From positions 161,528-225,527 of IMG/VR virus record IMGVR_UViG_3300028569_002417: 64,000 nt of DNA; one strand, written 5' to 3'. Made by a program: the position numbers and the translations under genes. The notes below the pieces were generated by a model. That model was not told the origin of the DNA, did no database searches, and worked only from the letters and a program-made list of their open reading frames with translations. Positions 1 to 10,301 of this stretch are shown one piece after another; position 1 is the first letter of the stretch, and each line of letters opens with the position of its first letter.

Positions 1-1
1 T

Positions 2-544
2 AAAAAGAATGTCGGACCCAAGATATTCTCTTGCGGTAAGACAACCCACGCCAAGATCATGCTTGCCATGCGTGGAGACGAAGCAGCTGGTGAAAAGCCA
101 CTTGGAGACATCACTCATCCAAAGGATGGACGTGACTTCAGAGTCGTTAAGAAAGTTATCAAGGGTGGTGGAGGGATGGAATATCCCAACTACGATAACA
201 GCAAGTTTGAAGAACCAACACCTGCTGGAAACCTTGATGAATTGAAATCATGGATGGAAAGCATTCATGATCTTCAGGCTCTTCGTGTGATCAAGACTTC
301 AGATGAATTGAAGCAAGCACTTCGTGTTCATCTTGGCATGGTCAAAGAAGGACCAGCTGCCAATGATACAGAACTCGATGAATTCAGGAAAGCAGGATCT
401 GCTACTCCTTCCAAACCTAAAGCAGTTGAGACAATTCGTGAAGAATTAGTCGTCAGCAGCACTCCTCCTGTTGCTAAAGAAGAGTCAAAACCAAGCGATG
501 ATCTCGCCGATGACGACTTCCTGAAAGAACTTTCAGGCATGTAA
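2..544 (+). CDS. T4 gp32-like single-stranded DNA-binding protein (5'-truncated by window)
   Basis: Frame open from base 2 (KKNVGPKIFSCGK...); 'DITHPKDGRDFRVVK...YPNYDNSKF' and acidic tail DDLADDDFLKELSGM; directly upstream of UvsX/RecA. Confidence 0.75.
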   Translation, partial: KKNVGPKIFSCGKTTHAKIMLAMRGDEAAGEKPLGDITHPKDGRDFRVVKKVIKGGGGMEYPNYDNSKFEEPTPAGNLDELKSWMESIHDLQALRVIKTSDELKQALRVHLGMVKEGPAANDTELDEFRKAGSATPSKPKAVETIREELVVSSTPPVAKEESKPSDDLADDDFLKELSGM

Positions 545-551
545 TCAAAAC

Positions 552-593
552 AGAATGGGTGTCCAGAGCATAATCTGGACACCCATTCTTTTC
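552..593 (+). terminator. Intrinsic terminator-like hairpin
   Basis: 16-bp perfect inverted repeat agaatgggtgtccaga / tctggacacccattct, 6-nt loop, short T run. Confidence 0.7.
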
Positions 594-619
594 ATTCTCT
601 CAACATAAGGTGGTGTACT

Positions 620-1837
620 ATGGCAAAGAAAAAGATAAGCGAAGGCGTGGATGATAATTTTTTTGAAAATCTCGCAGAAGAAACCGGAGGCGATGTTCTT
701 GATGCAATCGACTCAGTCAAGTATTTTGTTGACACAGGAAGCTTAGCACTTAATTATATTTGCTCAGGTCAGTTCATCACTGGAGGAATTCCCGGTGGTA
801 AGTTGACTGAAATATATGGTCCAAACAGTTCATCCAAGTCTCTTCTTGGTGCCAATATTTTGTTTGGCACACAGAAAGTCAAAGGCATTCCTGTCCTCAT
901 GGATTGTGAAAATAGCGCCAACAAAGAATTCATTCAGATTGCAAGCCATTGTAATTTGAAGCGAATAGTAAGACATACTCCAGAAACACTGGAAGCAGTT
1001 TTTTCAACAATGTACAGGGTTATTGAAAAAGCCCGTGAAAAAACAAGCAATGAAGTTCCTATCGTCATTGTTTATGACTCGATTGGAGTAAGCCCCTCTG
1101 CCCGTGAACTTCGTGAAGTTGCTCTTCCAGAAAACTACACGAAAGAACAGTTCAAAAAGATTGTAGGGGGAAATGAACAACCCGGTGAAAGAGCTAAAAT
1201 TTGCTCAAGAGAATTAAGAAAACTCAACACGGTTATGGAGAAACATAACGCAACAGTTGTGATTCTTAACCAGACTCGTGATAAAATTGGAACTTACATC
1301 CCCACCAAAACAACTGCTGGTGGTGGAAATGCCCTTCCTTTCTACGCATCTTGTCGTCTTGAAACCAAGACAATGCAGAAAATAGAAAAGAAGATAAGCG
1401 CCAAAAAGAAGAAGATTCTTGGGATTAATGTGAAGCTCAAGAATGTTAAAAATAAGACTCACAGACCTTTTGTTGAGTCTGAGAATGTTCAGCTTCTTTT
1501 TGATAAGGGAATCAATCCAATTAGTGGACTTCTCTCTTGTTTATTAGATGCTGATAGGATTGAAATATCAGGAACAGGATCATTTAAGGTTAAGCCTGCT
1601 TTTTCTAATGGTGAAGAAGTTAAATTCCGTGCAAGCATGGATCGCAATGATGTTCCTATGGACATTTTGCTAAAATGCCCAGCACTCATTGATGCCAGCA
1701 CATCTGAACAGGTTGAGACTTATCTCGAACCTTATAAGCTGGCAATTGCTAGTAGAGCAGAAGATGATTCTGATGTTGAATTGAGTGAAACTGATTCTTA
1801 CGACGATGAAAACATCGACGAAGAATTAGAAGGATAA
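620..1837 (+). CDS. RecA/UvsX-family recombinase
   Basis: DTGSLALN..GGIPGGKLTEIYGPNSSSKS (variant Walker A), IVYDSI (Walker B), LNQTRDKIG, GGNALPFYASCRL. Confidence 0.93.
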   Translation: MAKKKISEGVDDNFFENLAEETGGDVLDAIDSVKYFVDTGSLALNYICSGQFITGGIPGGKLTEIYGPNSSSKSLLGANILFGTQKVKGIPVLMDCENSANKEFIQIASHCNLKRIVRHTPETLEAVFSTMYRVIEKAREKTSNEVPIVIVYDSIGVSPSARELREVALPENYTKEQFKKIVGGNEQPGERAKICSRELRKLNTVMEKHNATVVILNQTRDKIGTYIPTKTTAGGGNALPFYASCRLETKTMQKIEKKISAKKKKILGINVKLKNVKNKTHRPFVESENVQLLFDKGINPISGLLSCLLDADRIEISGTGSFKVKPAFSNGEEVKFRASMDRNDVPMDILLKCPALIDASTSEQVETYLEPYKLAIASRAEDDSDVELSETDSYDDENIDEELEG

Positions 1838-1845
1838 TCAAAAAA

Positions 1846-1877
1846 GTTTGAGGGGCATGAAAAAATGCCCCTCAAAC
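1846..1877. terminator. Bidirectional terminator hairpin between convergent genes
   Basis: gtttgaggggcat / atgcccctcaaac inverted repeat, A run on left. Confidence 0.65.
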
Positions 1878-2903
1878 CTCTATCATGCTATATTCTTCAT
1901 GTGTGAATTTGTCTTTTTGAAAAACAATAAGATTGTTGTGTACTTCATGTATGATTACGATCTTATTGTTTCTCACACACCAAAGACCAATTGTACGAAT
2001 AAACTCTTCATCTTTTGAATTATCATCAAAAACTTTGATTCTATGATCGTCGCAAAATTCAACCAATTCTTTGTTTTCGTTGCTTCCAAATAAGAAAGTT
2101 TTATTTTTTAGTTCTTCGCATGGACTATCATTGTAAATTTCCATCCAGTCCATGAATTGTGGATTTTTATCTCTTCCAACCCAGTGAATGTGATTGAGAT
2201 GACCACTGAAAATGCTATGATGACAAATGCTAGACTCATGTGTCAGGAATGGCACTTTAGTACCATAAATTTTACACATGCGAAGACCATATGAAAGACC
2301 ATGATCTCCATATCCTTCTGCAAATTCTTTTCTTATGTTAAAGTATTTCTTTGCATCGGTATTTTCAACGAGTCTGTTGATTGCAGCAAGGCTTGTTATC
2401 CCTACTTCTTGCTCATGTGCTGGAGCTTCCATGAACTCCGTTGATTTGCTTGTTCTGTACCACCATCCATATCCCATTTTTGTCAATATTCTTTGATCAG
2501 TGGCAAAGATGTCATATAAGAATCTTGATCCTAAATGGTATTCACGATTGTGATCGAAGTCTCTTTCAAGATTAGCCATCAATCCGCCAAGATCAGTGAT
2601 GCTGTCCTCGTCCATTCTGATGTACCATTTGGCAAAATCCTTTTGTATATGCTTGCTGTAATAGTTGTAAATTCTTTGTGCTGTAAATGAATAAGGACAT
2701 ATTATGACATCAACATCAATATTTGATGGCCAATCATTTTTTAGAAAATCAGCACTTTCACCGCAATTTTTTGTGCCAAGAAATGATATGTGAATCCGCA
2801 AATCCTTAGTGTTCAAAAGACCATATTTTTTGAAGTCTTCTAATCTCATCTTGATTTGCGGACGTGTTGTGTCTGATGGTACTGCTATTTCAAAATCATA
2901 CAT
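1872..2903 (-). CDS. Putative GT-A fold glycosyltransferase
   Basis: WYIRMDEDS (DxD-type motif) and GYGDHGL; otherwise unassigned. Confidence 0.45.
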   Translation of the reverse strand: MYDFEIAVPSDTTRPQIKMRLEDFKKYGLLNTKDLRIHISFLGTKNCGESADFLKNDWPSNIDVDVIICPYSFTAQRIYNYYSKHIQKDFAKWYIRMDEDSITDLGGLMANLERDFDHNREYHLGSRFLYDIFATDQRILTKMGYGWWYRTSKSTEFMEAPAHEQEVGITSLAAINRLVENTDAKKYFNIRKEFAEGYGDHGLSYGLRMCKIYGTKVPFLTHESSICHHSIFSGHLNHIHWVGRDKNPQFMDWMEIYNDSPCEELKNKTFLFGSNENKELVEFCDDHRIKVFDDNSKDEEFIRTIGLWCVRNNKIVIIHEVHNNLIVFQKDKFTHEEYSMIEV

Positions 2904-3361
2904 TAGGCAATCCTATATGAATCTTTATCGACTTTGGCAAAACTAAAGCCTCTGGCTGATAGTTCAGCTTTAATTTCTTTCATGTAACTGCAAAGATTCG
3001 ATGAATTAATTCCATATTTTGAGTATTTTTCCTCAAGCTGCTTGATGTTTACAACTTTTTTGGACAAAAAGGCTCGACGTATTGAATTTTTAATTTTATT
3101 GGGAACGGTTTGTTTTAACTTTTTACTTGGCTTGGAAATTATTTTATTTTCAATAACGACATAATCATAATCTTGCTTTTTTTGTTTCTGATTACAAAGG
3201 ACAGGCGCAAGTTCGTCTAGATCCAACAATTCGCCATTTTTAAGCTTTACTGTTGATAAATTTGCTTTGAAACTGTTACAAAATTCAATCAACTGGTCAA
3301 AATTTTTCTCATCCGTGAAGAATTTTCTTTTATCCTTAAGTTCGATTAAAAGGCACTTCAT
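2903..3361 (-). CDS. Hypothetical protein
   Basis: ORF with GGAG upstream of ATG 3361, abuts next gene. Confidence 0.6.
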   Translation of the reverse strand: MKCLLIELKDKRKFFTDEKNFDQLIEFCNSFKANLSTVKLKNGELLDLDELAPVLCNQKQKKQDYDYVVIENKIISKPSKKLKQTVPNKIKNSIRRAFLSKKVVNIKQLEEKYSKYGINSSNLCSYMKEIKAELSARGFSFAKVDKDSYRIA

Positions 3362-3469
3362 TGATTGCTCCTTGTGTCTTGATGACACTTGTCTAAATAA
3401 TTATAGGGAAATGCAAATAAATTGCCACTCATCTTGGCTATTCTTATAATGTAATATGGAGGCATTTCG

Positions 3470-4492
3470 ATGGATTCTTACAAAGAACATATCAACTTAA
3501 ACTGCCTCCGCAGGTTTGGTTCAGAAATTGAAATCAATGCTTTTGATTTTCGCAATAGACCAGTAGGTCATAATGAGGGCAGAATGCCCGAAGGCACACA
3601 CTATATAGCAAACTTAGTGCAAAAGTCATCTGGTAAAATTGTAAAAATACACAAGTGGTCTTATGATCATAACAACAGTAATTGGATTATAAAGCCAGAT
3701 AGCAGTTGCGGAATTGAAATATGCACACCAGTACTTAAGGGCTGGGTAGGTCTTATGGAGACTTGTAGGGTAATTGATGCCCTTGGGAACGATAATAAAG
3801 TTCATGCCGATGATAGATGCAGTTTTCATGTTCATGTCGATGTGAGCGATCTTAGCGAGCAAGAATTGGCAACGGTTATCACATGGTGGATTAAATGTGA
3901 ACCTGTTTTTATGGATTCAGTTCCAATCAACAGGAAGAGAAATCAGTATTGCCAGCTTTTGGGACAGTCTGAAATATTTGAAAATGTTGAGGACGGATTC
4001 CATCCAAATGATTATCTGATCAGAAGACTTGGCTCTTGTAAGTATTACACGATTAATACTTATCATTATCACAACAATAAGCGTAAAACAATTGAATTCA
4101 GAATAATGGATGGAGATTGCTGTCTTGATCCTTGGATAGCTAAAAATTACATCAGACTTCTTCTCCATTTTATTGATAGATCATTGAAGTATGGAATGCC
4201 TAGTTCATATTATCCGGGTGATAAGTGGTCTGGTTATTGTTGGCTTGATCCAAGAGATGTGTTAGATTTTCTTGGATTTAATGAAAAACATGTTCTTTCA
4301 CCTGCATGCAAACAGGTTCATGAATGGTTTTTAGATCGTTTGCATATGAATTGTAATTACTCTAATAATCATGGGATTATGGGAAATAATGCAAGAAGAT
4401 ATGCTTATAAGGAAATAGAAGATCTTTGCGCTGAATATGGTGATATAAACATAAATCATGATGATATATTCAGCGATAAGTTTCGCACATAA
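3470..4492 (+). CDS. Amidoligase-family (COOH-NH2 ligase) protein
   Basis: FGSEIE, IKPDSS, GIEICTPVL, CSFHVHV, TIEFR motifs; GGAGG RBS. Confidence 0.8.
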   Translation: MDSYKEHINLNCLRRFGSEIEINAFDFRNRPVGHNEGRMPEGTHYIANLVQKSSGKIVKIHKWSYDHNNSNWIIKPDSSCGIEICTPVLKGWVGLMETCRVIDALGNDNKVHADDRCSFHVHVDVSDLSEQELATVITWWIKCEPVFMDSVPINRKRNQYCQLLGQSEIFENVEDGFHPNDYLIRRLGSCKYYTINTYHYHNNKRKTIEFRIMDGDCCLDPWIAKNYIRLLLHFIDRSLKYGMPSSYYPGDKWSGYCWLDPRDVLDFLGFNEKHVLSPACKQVHEWFLDRLHMNCNYSNNHGIMGNNARRYAYKEIEDLCAEYGDININHDDIFSDKFRT

Positions 4493-4504
4493 ATTTAAGG
4501 TGTT

Positions 4505-4972
4505 ATGTATTTTTACATACAATCAAAACTAGATGATATTGTAAAAGAAATGAAATCTCTTGGTGAGGTTCTCGTTCCTTTTAACTATCCATTGAAACCG
4601 ATTAGTAGTTGGGAAGACGACTTGGCAATTTTCAAAATGCGAGAAGTAACCATAGATGGTTATCAAATTTTCATTCATTATCAAAAATCAGATTATACAG
4701 AATATTTGATTGAAACATTACAAATTCATAATATGAAACATCCATTTTTACCATTTTACATAGTTTCAAAGCTTGGTAAAAGGTTCTTTGGCAAAGATTA
4801 TCTTTCGCTTATTGAAATTTACAAAGAACATCGAAAAATTTATATTTGGTCTGTTTGTTCAGATAGAAATGGCAATAAAGTGCCAATTCCTAATCAAACT
4901 GACACTGAAATGTGTGAATTTGAGGGACTTCAGTATCTTTATATGCAACCCAAAAATATAGATTTTTTCTAA
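4505..4972 (+). CDS. Hypothetical protein
   Basis: 155-aa ORF in operon context. Confidence 0.6.
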   Translation: MYFYIQSKLDDIVKEMKSLGEVLVPFNYPLKPISSWEDDLAIFKMREVTIDGYQIFIHYQKSDYTEYLIETLQIHNMKHPFLPFYIVSKLGKRFFGKDYLSLIEIYKEHRKIYIWSVCSDRNGNKVPIPNQTDTEMCEFEGLQYLYMQPKNIDFF

Positions 4973-5038
4973 TTCGCATGGTGAATATATACCTCGTAGC
5001 GTCACTCTTGGCGCTTTCCTTTAACGAGGTGTCCAAAC

Positions 5039-5338
5039 ATGAAAAAACGAAAAATTCAGGCTCTCATCGTAGAGCATCTTCTGAAACATGGACAATTGGA
5101 AATTCTTCTCCCTGATGGAGTTAAGCTGGAAATAGGCACTACTCAGGAAAATCAGAATGGTAAACTTGTAAGGAAAGATGATTATTGTTGGGTTATTGCA
5201 TCAAGAGACGATAGGTCAACAAGTCTAGACGCTTATAACATGGGTCTTAGATTTTCTGATGACGATAAGATATTGGTTTTTGAAGATAAATTCATTGATC
5301 AGGATGGCGAAAACATTAGAAGACTTGATGTTGTCTAA
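5039..5338 (+). CDS. Hypothetical protein
   Basis: ORF with GAGGT RBS. Confidence 0.6.
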   Translation: MKKRKIQALIVEHLLKHGQLEILLPDGVKLEIGTTQENQNGKLVRKDDYCWVIASRDDRSTSLDAYNMGLRFSDDDKILVFEDKFIDQDGENIRRLDVV

Positions 5339-5661
5339 ATGATATTACCATTCATTGACATGAAATTAAATTGTCCTTGTAAATCCAAAAGAAGCTCCAT
5401 AGTTCCCTCAACATAGTTGTTGGGAACTAGAGGAGCATTGAATTCAACCCATATAATAAAACCATGAGGATTAAGGCTAAACCTTGATAAGGTCATCTTT
5501 ACACCTTTGTTTTTTATTTTTTCTGGGGATATAATATCAAGGCTGCTGGCATTTTCTTGTATTTTTTGTAATACATAGGCCATCAGTTTTGAACTGTCCA
5601 GAAAGTGTGTCCAGTTGGCAACAAGGATTTTTTCCAATTTGTCAGCATCAAAAATATTCAC
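5335..5661 (-). CDS. Hypothetical protein
   Basis: 108-aa ORF, protein-like composition. Confidence 0.55.
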   Translation of the reverse strand: MNIFDADKLEKILVANWTHFLDSSKLMAYVLQKIQENASSLDIISPEKIKNKGVKMTLSRFSLNPHGFIIWVEFNAPLVPNNYVEGTMELLLDLQGQFNFMSMNGNII

Positions 5662-5685
5662 ACTCGTGTCTCTGTGAGGATTAAA

Positions 5686-5940
5686 ATGAAGAAACCTGAA
5701 GTATATCTAAGAGAGTTCTGTCTTAAGCTTTCCGACGACAATCTCCGTTCAATTCACGGAAGATTAAGTCAACGTCTTGGTGGCGATATGGCAGAAGCTG
5801 TTGACTTTTTGAGCGGAACTCGTGAAATTGACAAGTGGCTATCGTCAGCTTCTGACTGCAATGAATTTTATGACATGATTGACCTGATTTATTTTGCAGT
5901 CAATAAGGAGCACGAAAAGAGGTCTGGAGTTGTTGTTTGA
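5686..5940 (+). CDS. Hypothetical protein
   Basis: GAGGA RBS then ATG 5686 (MKKPEVYL). Confidence 0.6.
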   Translation: MKKPEVYLREFCLKLSDDNLRSIHGRLSQRLGGDMAEAVDFLSGTREIDKWLSSASDCNEFYDMIDLIYFAVNKEHEKRSGVVV

Positions 5941-6158
5941 TTAAGTACGCATTACATTTAATTCCAATGAGCCTTGCTGGTATTACCTGCTTGGCTCTTG
6001 GATTTTGTTGGGGAAGATCTCACGGTTATCGTGAAGGCGCAGCAGACGCCATCATTATGTTTGATAGCTTTGATCGATCAACAAATAGAAACGATGGACA
6101 ACGATTCAAAGAGAACAAAAAAATCCTTGATATGTTCAATGATAAAATTCCATATTGA
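5937..6158 (+). CDS. Small membrane protein
   Basis: N-terminal hydrophobic helix; overlaps upstream stop. Confidence 0.5.
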   Translation: MIKYALHLIPMSLAGITCLALGFCWGRSHGYREGAADAIIMFDSFDRSTNRNDGQRFKENKKILDMFNDKIPY

Positions 6159-6204
6159 AAACCTTGATTGATTTGCTATAATCAAAAAAAATCAAGAGGT
6201 CTTC

Positions 6205-8229
6205 ATGCCGCCCATCATCAAAGTATCAGATCAAGATGTTTGCGTAGCCACATCAGAATTTCCATTCGCCAAATGGAAATTTGAAAAATTCAATCCTGTC
6301 CAAAGCAGGATCATGGACTTCTACAATCAAGACTGCAATACACTTGTCGCAGCAAGGACAAGTGCTGGGAAAACCGTAATTGCAGAGCAGTTCCTCTCTC
6401 AAGAAATTCGTGAAAGAGGAGGAAAAGGAATGTTCCTTGCCCCTCTCAGAGCTTTAGCCCGTGAAAAGGTAACTGATTGGACAAATCCAGAATATCACCT
6501 CTCTGACCTAAAAATAAGCATCTGCACAGGTGACTACAGGTTAACCAAAGAAAGAACTCAAGAACTTGATGATGCTGATATTATCATCATGACAAGTGAA
6601 ATGCTTAGTCATCGAAGCAGGTCACACAATTCAGAACAAAGTCAATTTCTTAAGAAAATTGGTACTCTTGTCATTGATGAATTCCACACAATTGGAGTTC
6701 ATAATCGTGGAGATCACCTTGAAGTTGGATTGATGAAATTCACTCAAATCAATCCAACAGCAAGACTTGTTCTTCTTTCCGCAACAATGCCGAATGTAGA
6801 ACAACTTGCAGAATGGGTTAGTTATAGCCTTAATCAAAAGCAAACATTTGTTCTAAGGTCAGAATATAGACCTGTTCCTCTTACAATCCATTATGAAACA
6901 TATGATGACAGTATAAGAAGATATGATCTTTTAGAACAAGAAAAAATCAATAAGGCAATGGATATTGTTGAATGGTATAAAGATGATAAGTTTATCGTCT
7001 TTACTCATACCAAAAGAACTGGCGAAATGATGAAGAAAGAACTTCAATCAGCAGGGATTGATTGCCAATTTCATAGCTCTGACCTTGAATCAGCAGAAAG
7101 AGCAAAGGTAGAAGATAAGTTCCGTAACGATCCAAAATTCAAAGTAGTTGTTGCAACAAGTACTTTGGCGGCAGGTCTTAATATGCCTGCTAGAAGAGTA
7201 ATTATTTTAGGTGTCAATCGTGGTGTTGACGAAGTAGAATCTCATGAAATTATTCAGATGTGTGGGAGATCAGGAAGATATGGCATTGATCCTATGGGAG
7301 ATGCTTACATTCTTGTCCCAGAAAGCCAAGTAAATTTATATAAGCAAAAATTCAATAAGCCTAACAGGATTGAGTCTCAGCTTCTTGAAAAATCTGGGAA
7401 TAATCATAAAACATTAGCATTTCATTTAGTTAGTGAAATTTATTTTGGTGGGATCGAAACAACAGATGATGTTCGCAAGTGGTTTAAGAGATCATTGGCT
7501 TATTTTCAGAACAAGGTATTTGATGATAGTGTTGTTGATTCTACTCTTGAGTTATTGAGGAAGTGTGGGGCTATTGGTTTAGATGATGATAAGTGGAATG
7601 CCAGAACAATTGGCAAAGTTTCCAGTATGTTTTACATGAGTCCTTTTGATGTAAGCGATTTGTATTTTAACTTTAAGTCTTTGTTTGATTCTGGAAAAGA
7701 GAATGATGATCACATTCTTTCTTTGGCATTAGGCAATATTGACAGTCAAAGGTGTAATATTGTCAATAAGGCAGAGAAAGATGAAATGAGTTTGTATGCG
7801 AATCAGGCTAGATTGAAGTTTACTGGTAAGTTTTTGGCTGATGGAGCTATTAAGGCTGGATACTGTTATTATTCACTTTTGAATGGTACTAATTCACAAG
7901 CTTTGGCTAGTTTTCAAAGAAATTTACAGTTTGATTTCAATAGATTATCTCAGATTTTGATGGCTTTGGATAGCATAGGAGGTTCTTGGAATCGTTCTGG
8001 TTGGTTAAAAACTCTTGAGGGAAGAATCGCTTATGGTGTTCCTGTACACTTGATTGATTTGTGTCGAATTCCTAATGTTGGAAAAGTTAGAGCAAATAAG
8101 CTTTATGATGCAGGAATAAAAAGCATGAAACAGTTTCAATCTTGTGAAATTGGAAAACTTAAATCTCTTTTGAATATGAAAGAAGATGCAGTTAAAAAAA
8201 TGTTAGAAAAATCCTCTGATTTGAAGTAA
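6205..8229 (+). CDS. Ski2/Hel308-like SF2 DExH helicase
   Basis: FNPVQ, ARTSAGKT, APLRALA, DEFH, LSAT, ATSTLAAGLNMPA, QMCGRSGR, C-terminal HhH (IPNVGKVRA). Confidence 0.9.
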   Translation: MPPIIKVSDQDVCVATSEFPFAKWKFEKFNPVQSRIMDFYNQDCNTLVAARTSAGKTVIAEQFLSQEIRERGGKGMFLAPLRALAREKVTDWTNPEYHLSDLKISICTGDYRLTKERTQELDDADIIIMTSEMLSHRSRSHNSEQSQFLKKIGTLVIDEFHTIGVHNRGDHLEVGLMKFTQINPTARLVLLSATMPNVEQLAEWVSYSLNQKQTFVLRSEYRPVPLTIHYETYDDSIRRYDLLEQEKINKAMDIVEWYKDDKFIVFTHTKRTGEMMKKELQSAGIDCQFHSSDLESAERAKVEDKFRNDPKFKVVVATSTLAAGLNMPARRVIILGVNRGVDEVESHEIIQMCGRSGRYGIDPMGDAYILVPESQVNLYKQKFNKPNRIESQLLEKSGNNHKTLAFHLVSEIYFGGIETTDDVRKWFKRSLAYFQNKVFDDSVVDSTLELLRKCGAIGLDDDKWNARTIGKVSSMFYMSPFDVSDLYFNFKSLFDSGKENDDHILSLALGNIDSQRCNIVNKAEKDEMSLYANQARLKFTGKFLADGAIKAGYCYYSLLNGTNSQALASFQRNLQFDFNRLSQILMALDSIGGSWNRSGWLKTLEGRIAYGVPVHLIDLCRIPNVGKVRANKLYDAGIKSMKQFQSCEIGKLKSLLNMKEDAVKKMLEKSSDLK

Positions 8230-8236
8230 ATAAATT

Positions 8237-9241
8237 ATGAAAGAATATAAGATTAAGCTTCCAAGAAATTGTTGTAGAGGAAGTAAAATTTTGGAAAACA
8301 ATCCTGTATTAAAATTGCAGAATGATCTTTTCGCTAAATTAAATAAAAATAAAGATTCAATAGAAAATAAAGATTCAATAGAAAATAAAGATTCAATAGA
8401 AAATAAAGATTCAATAGAAAATAAAGATTCAATAGAAAATAATAGTAAGGTTCAAATTCTTACATCGTCTGGACCAAGATATCCAATTGCTTGCTATACT
8501 GATGCGATACCTCCATTGCCGCCGGGTCAGTGTCAATATCAAAATACTTGCGATCAAGCTGTACCATATTTTTGTATTCAAAGTTGTTGTCAAAAATTCA
8601 AAACTAGAATTTATTATGACTGGCGTGGAACAGGTAGGCGAGATGTAGATACTGCGACTAAGGCATATTACGCATTCCGTATAGAGGATGACGGTGGAGC
8701 AGATTATTTTCCAGAAGTAGTGGGTTATTCTTGTGGGGCAACGCCAAACAACGAGGGTCAGGCTCAATATTTGCAATGGTATGGAGACAATACAGGTACT
8801 GATGGTTATGAAATTGTTGATATTTATCAAAGTAAAGTTTACAGAGATGGTTTTTCTTGTAGATACAATCAAGGCTTGGGTGGTCATGTCTCTGTCGAAT
8901 TGCATGCAGGGTTTTATCCTAGAGGAGTGTCATCAGGAACAATCAAATTAATAATTTACGCTAATGTTCCTGAAGATTATGGGAATGTTAGTGATATCGA
9001 TACAACACCGCCGGGTGCAAGAAAAAAAACTTTTAATGATTTTTATATTAATTCTACATCTAGATGTTATGTAGAATCCCCTGTTTATGAGGGATTGCAA
9101 AATAACGGAAGCTATTTTACTTTATCAATTCCAACTAATATTTTTGGTGATAGGAGGGGTAAATTGATGGTGTATAGAAATTTCGGAACTTTTGGCCCAA
9201 GTAGTCCTTATCCTTATGATTATGGACCTTGGCTTGTTTGA
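8237..9241 (+). CDS. Hypothetical (possibly virion) protein with NKDSIE repeats
   Basis: 334-aa ORF; TAAATA element 4 nt before ATG. Confidence 0.6.
   Translation: MKEYKIKLPRNCCRGSKILENNPVLKLQNDLFAKLNKNKDSIENKDSIENKDSIENKDSIENKDSIENNSKVQILTSSGPRYPIACYTDAIPPLPPGQCQYQNTCDQAVPYFCIQSCCQKFKTRIYYDWRGTGRRDVDTATKAYYAFRIEDDGGADYFPEVVGYSCGATPNNEGQAQYLQWYGDNTGTDGYEIVDIYQSKVYRDGFSCRYNQGLGGHVSVELHAGFYPRGVSSGTIKLIIYANVPEDYGNVSDIDTTPPGARKKTFNDFYINSTSRCYVESPVYEGLQNNGSYFTLSIPTNIFGDRRGKLMVYRNFGTFGPSSPYPYDYGPWLV
8348..8437 (+). repeat. 5 x 18-nt tandem repeat (aataaagattcaatagaa; NKDSIE)
   Basis: Directly visible, in frame. Confidence 0.95.
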
Positions 9242-9353
9242 ATACCACGACCTTAAAAATCGGTGTTTTTTGACAAGTTAATTTATGAAAAACAATAAGC
9301 ATGATCAATATTGATAGATGAAACTAATTGCATGTAAATAGCAAACAATTATT

Positions 9354-9617
9354 TCACTTTTCGCCGAAGAAATCTTTTGGGTATTCTATTTTTACGACAC
9401 CAGAACCTTCTACTTTATTTCCTTTTTCGTCTTCGACCCACCAGCGAACTTGTTGGACTGGAATATTTAGTTCATCCATATGACATTTGTCACGAGGAAA
9501 AACAGGAAGGTGATATTCTTTTCCTTCTACTAGAACTGCAATTTTGCATTCTTTTTTTTCATTATTGTATAGAAGGCAGTTGCCACAGATTTTTTCTATT
9601 TCTTTTTTCTTAGTCAT
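9354..9617 (-). CDS. Hypothetical Cys-containing protein
   Basis: AGGAG RBS; CxxC...C...C. Confidence 0.6.
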   Translation of the reverse strand: MTKKKEIEKICGNCLLYNNEKKECKIAVLVEGKEYHLPVFPRDKCHMDELNIPVQQVRWWVEDEKGNKVEGSGVVKIEYPKDFFGEK

Positions 9618-9656
9618 GGTCTAGACTCCTATAATCTATTATAGGAGTAAGGATTT

Positions 9657-10301
9657 ATGAAGGTAATTGCAGCACTCTCGCAAATGGCTCATGGAAAAGA
9701 TGTTTTCTGTGATTATCTTTGCGAATGTCTTAATGATATTTCTTCTAAAAAAGAATGGACAAGAAGCGCATTTGCGAATGCAGTTAAAGATACTTTCTGC
9801 AACGCTTTTAATGTAGATCGTAATTTTATTGAGAATTGGAAAAGAAATTCTGAGGCTCCTGATGGATTTCTCATGCCTATTCGTCAGTGTCTTCAGTTTA
9901 TTGGAGATGGATATCGCAAAATCCGTGAAAATATTTGGATTGAAATTGCACTTAAAGATAATGGCAAAAACATTATCATAAGCGATGGAAGATATTTCAA
10001 TGAAGCAGAAGCAGTCAGAGAAAAGAATGGATTGATGTTTTTAATTTACAGACCCGGATTTATCAATGATGATCCTAATCCAAGTGAATCACAAGTAAAA
10101 CCATTGCTTCAATGGGCTTCTGGAAATTTGAAAGAAGGTCCTGTTGATTATTCAAGCAACATAATGAGATATGGAATAACTGTCCCACATGAATTGAGAT
10201 ATTTTGATTATTTCATCAAGAATGATGGAAGCATTGAGGATTTGCACAAGAAGATAAGGGAAGATGTTGTTCCTTTTGTGCTGAAAAAAATTAAAGGATG
10301 A
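9657..10301 (+). CDS. Deoxynucleoside monophosphate kinase (T4 gp1-like)
   Basis: HGKD P-loop variant, AFANAVK, RQCLQFIGD, IISDGRYFNE. Confidence 0.75.
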   Translation: MKVIAALSQMAHGKDVFCDYLCECLNDISSKKEWTRSAFANAVKDTFCNAFNVDRNFIENWKRNSEAPDGFLMPIRQCLQFIGDGYRKIRENIWIEIALKDNGKNIIISDGRYFNEAEAVREKNGLMFLIYRPGFINDDPNPSESQVKPLLQWASGNLKEGPVDYSSNIMRYGITVPHELRYFDYFIKNDGSIEDLHKKIREDVVPFVLKKIKG

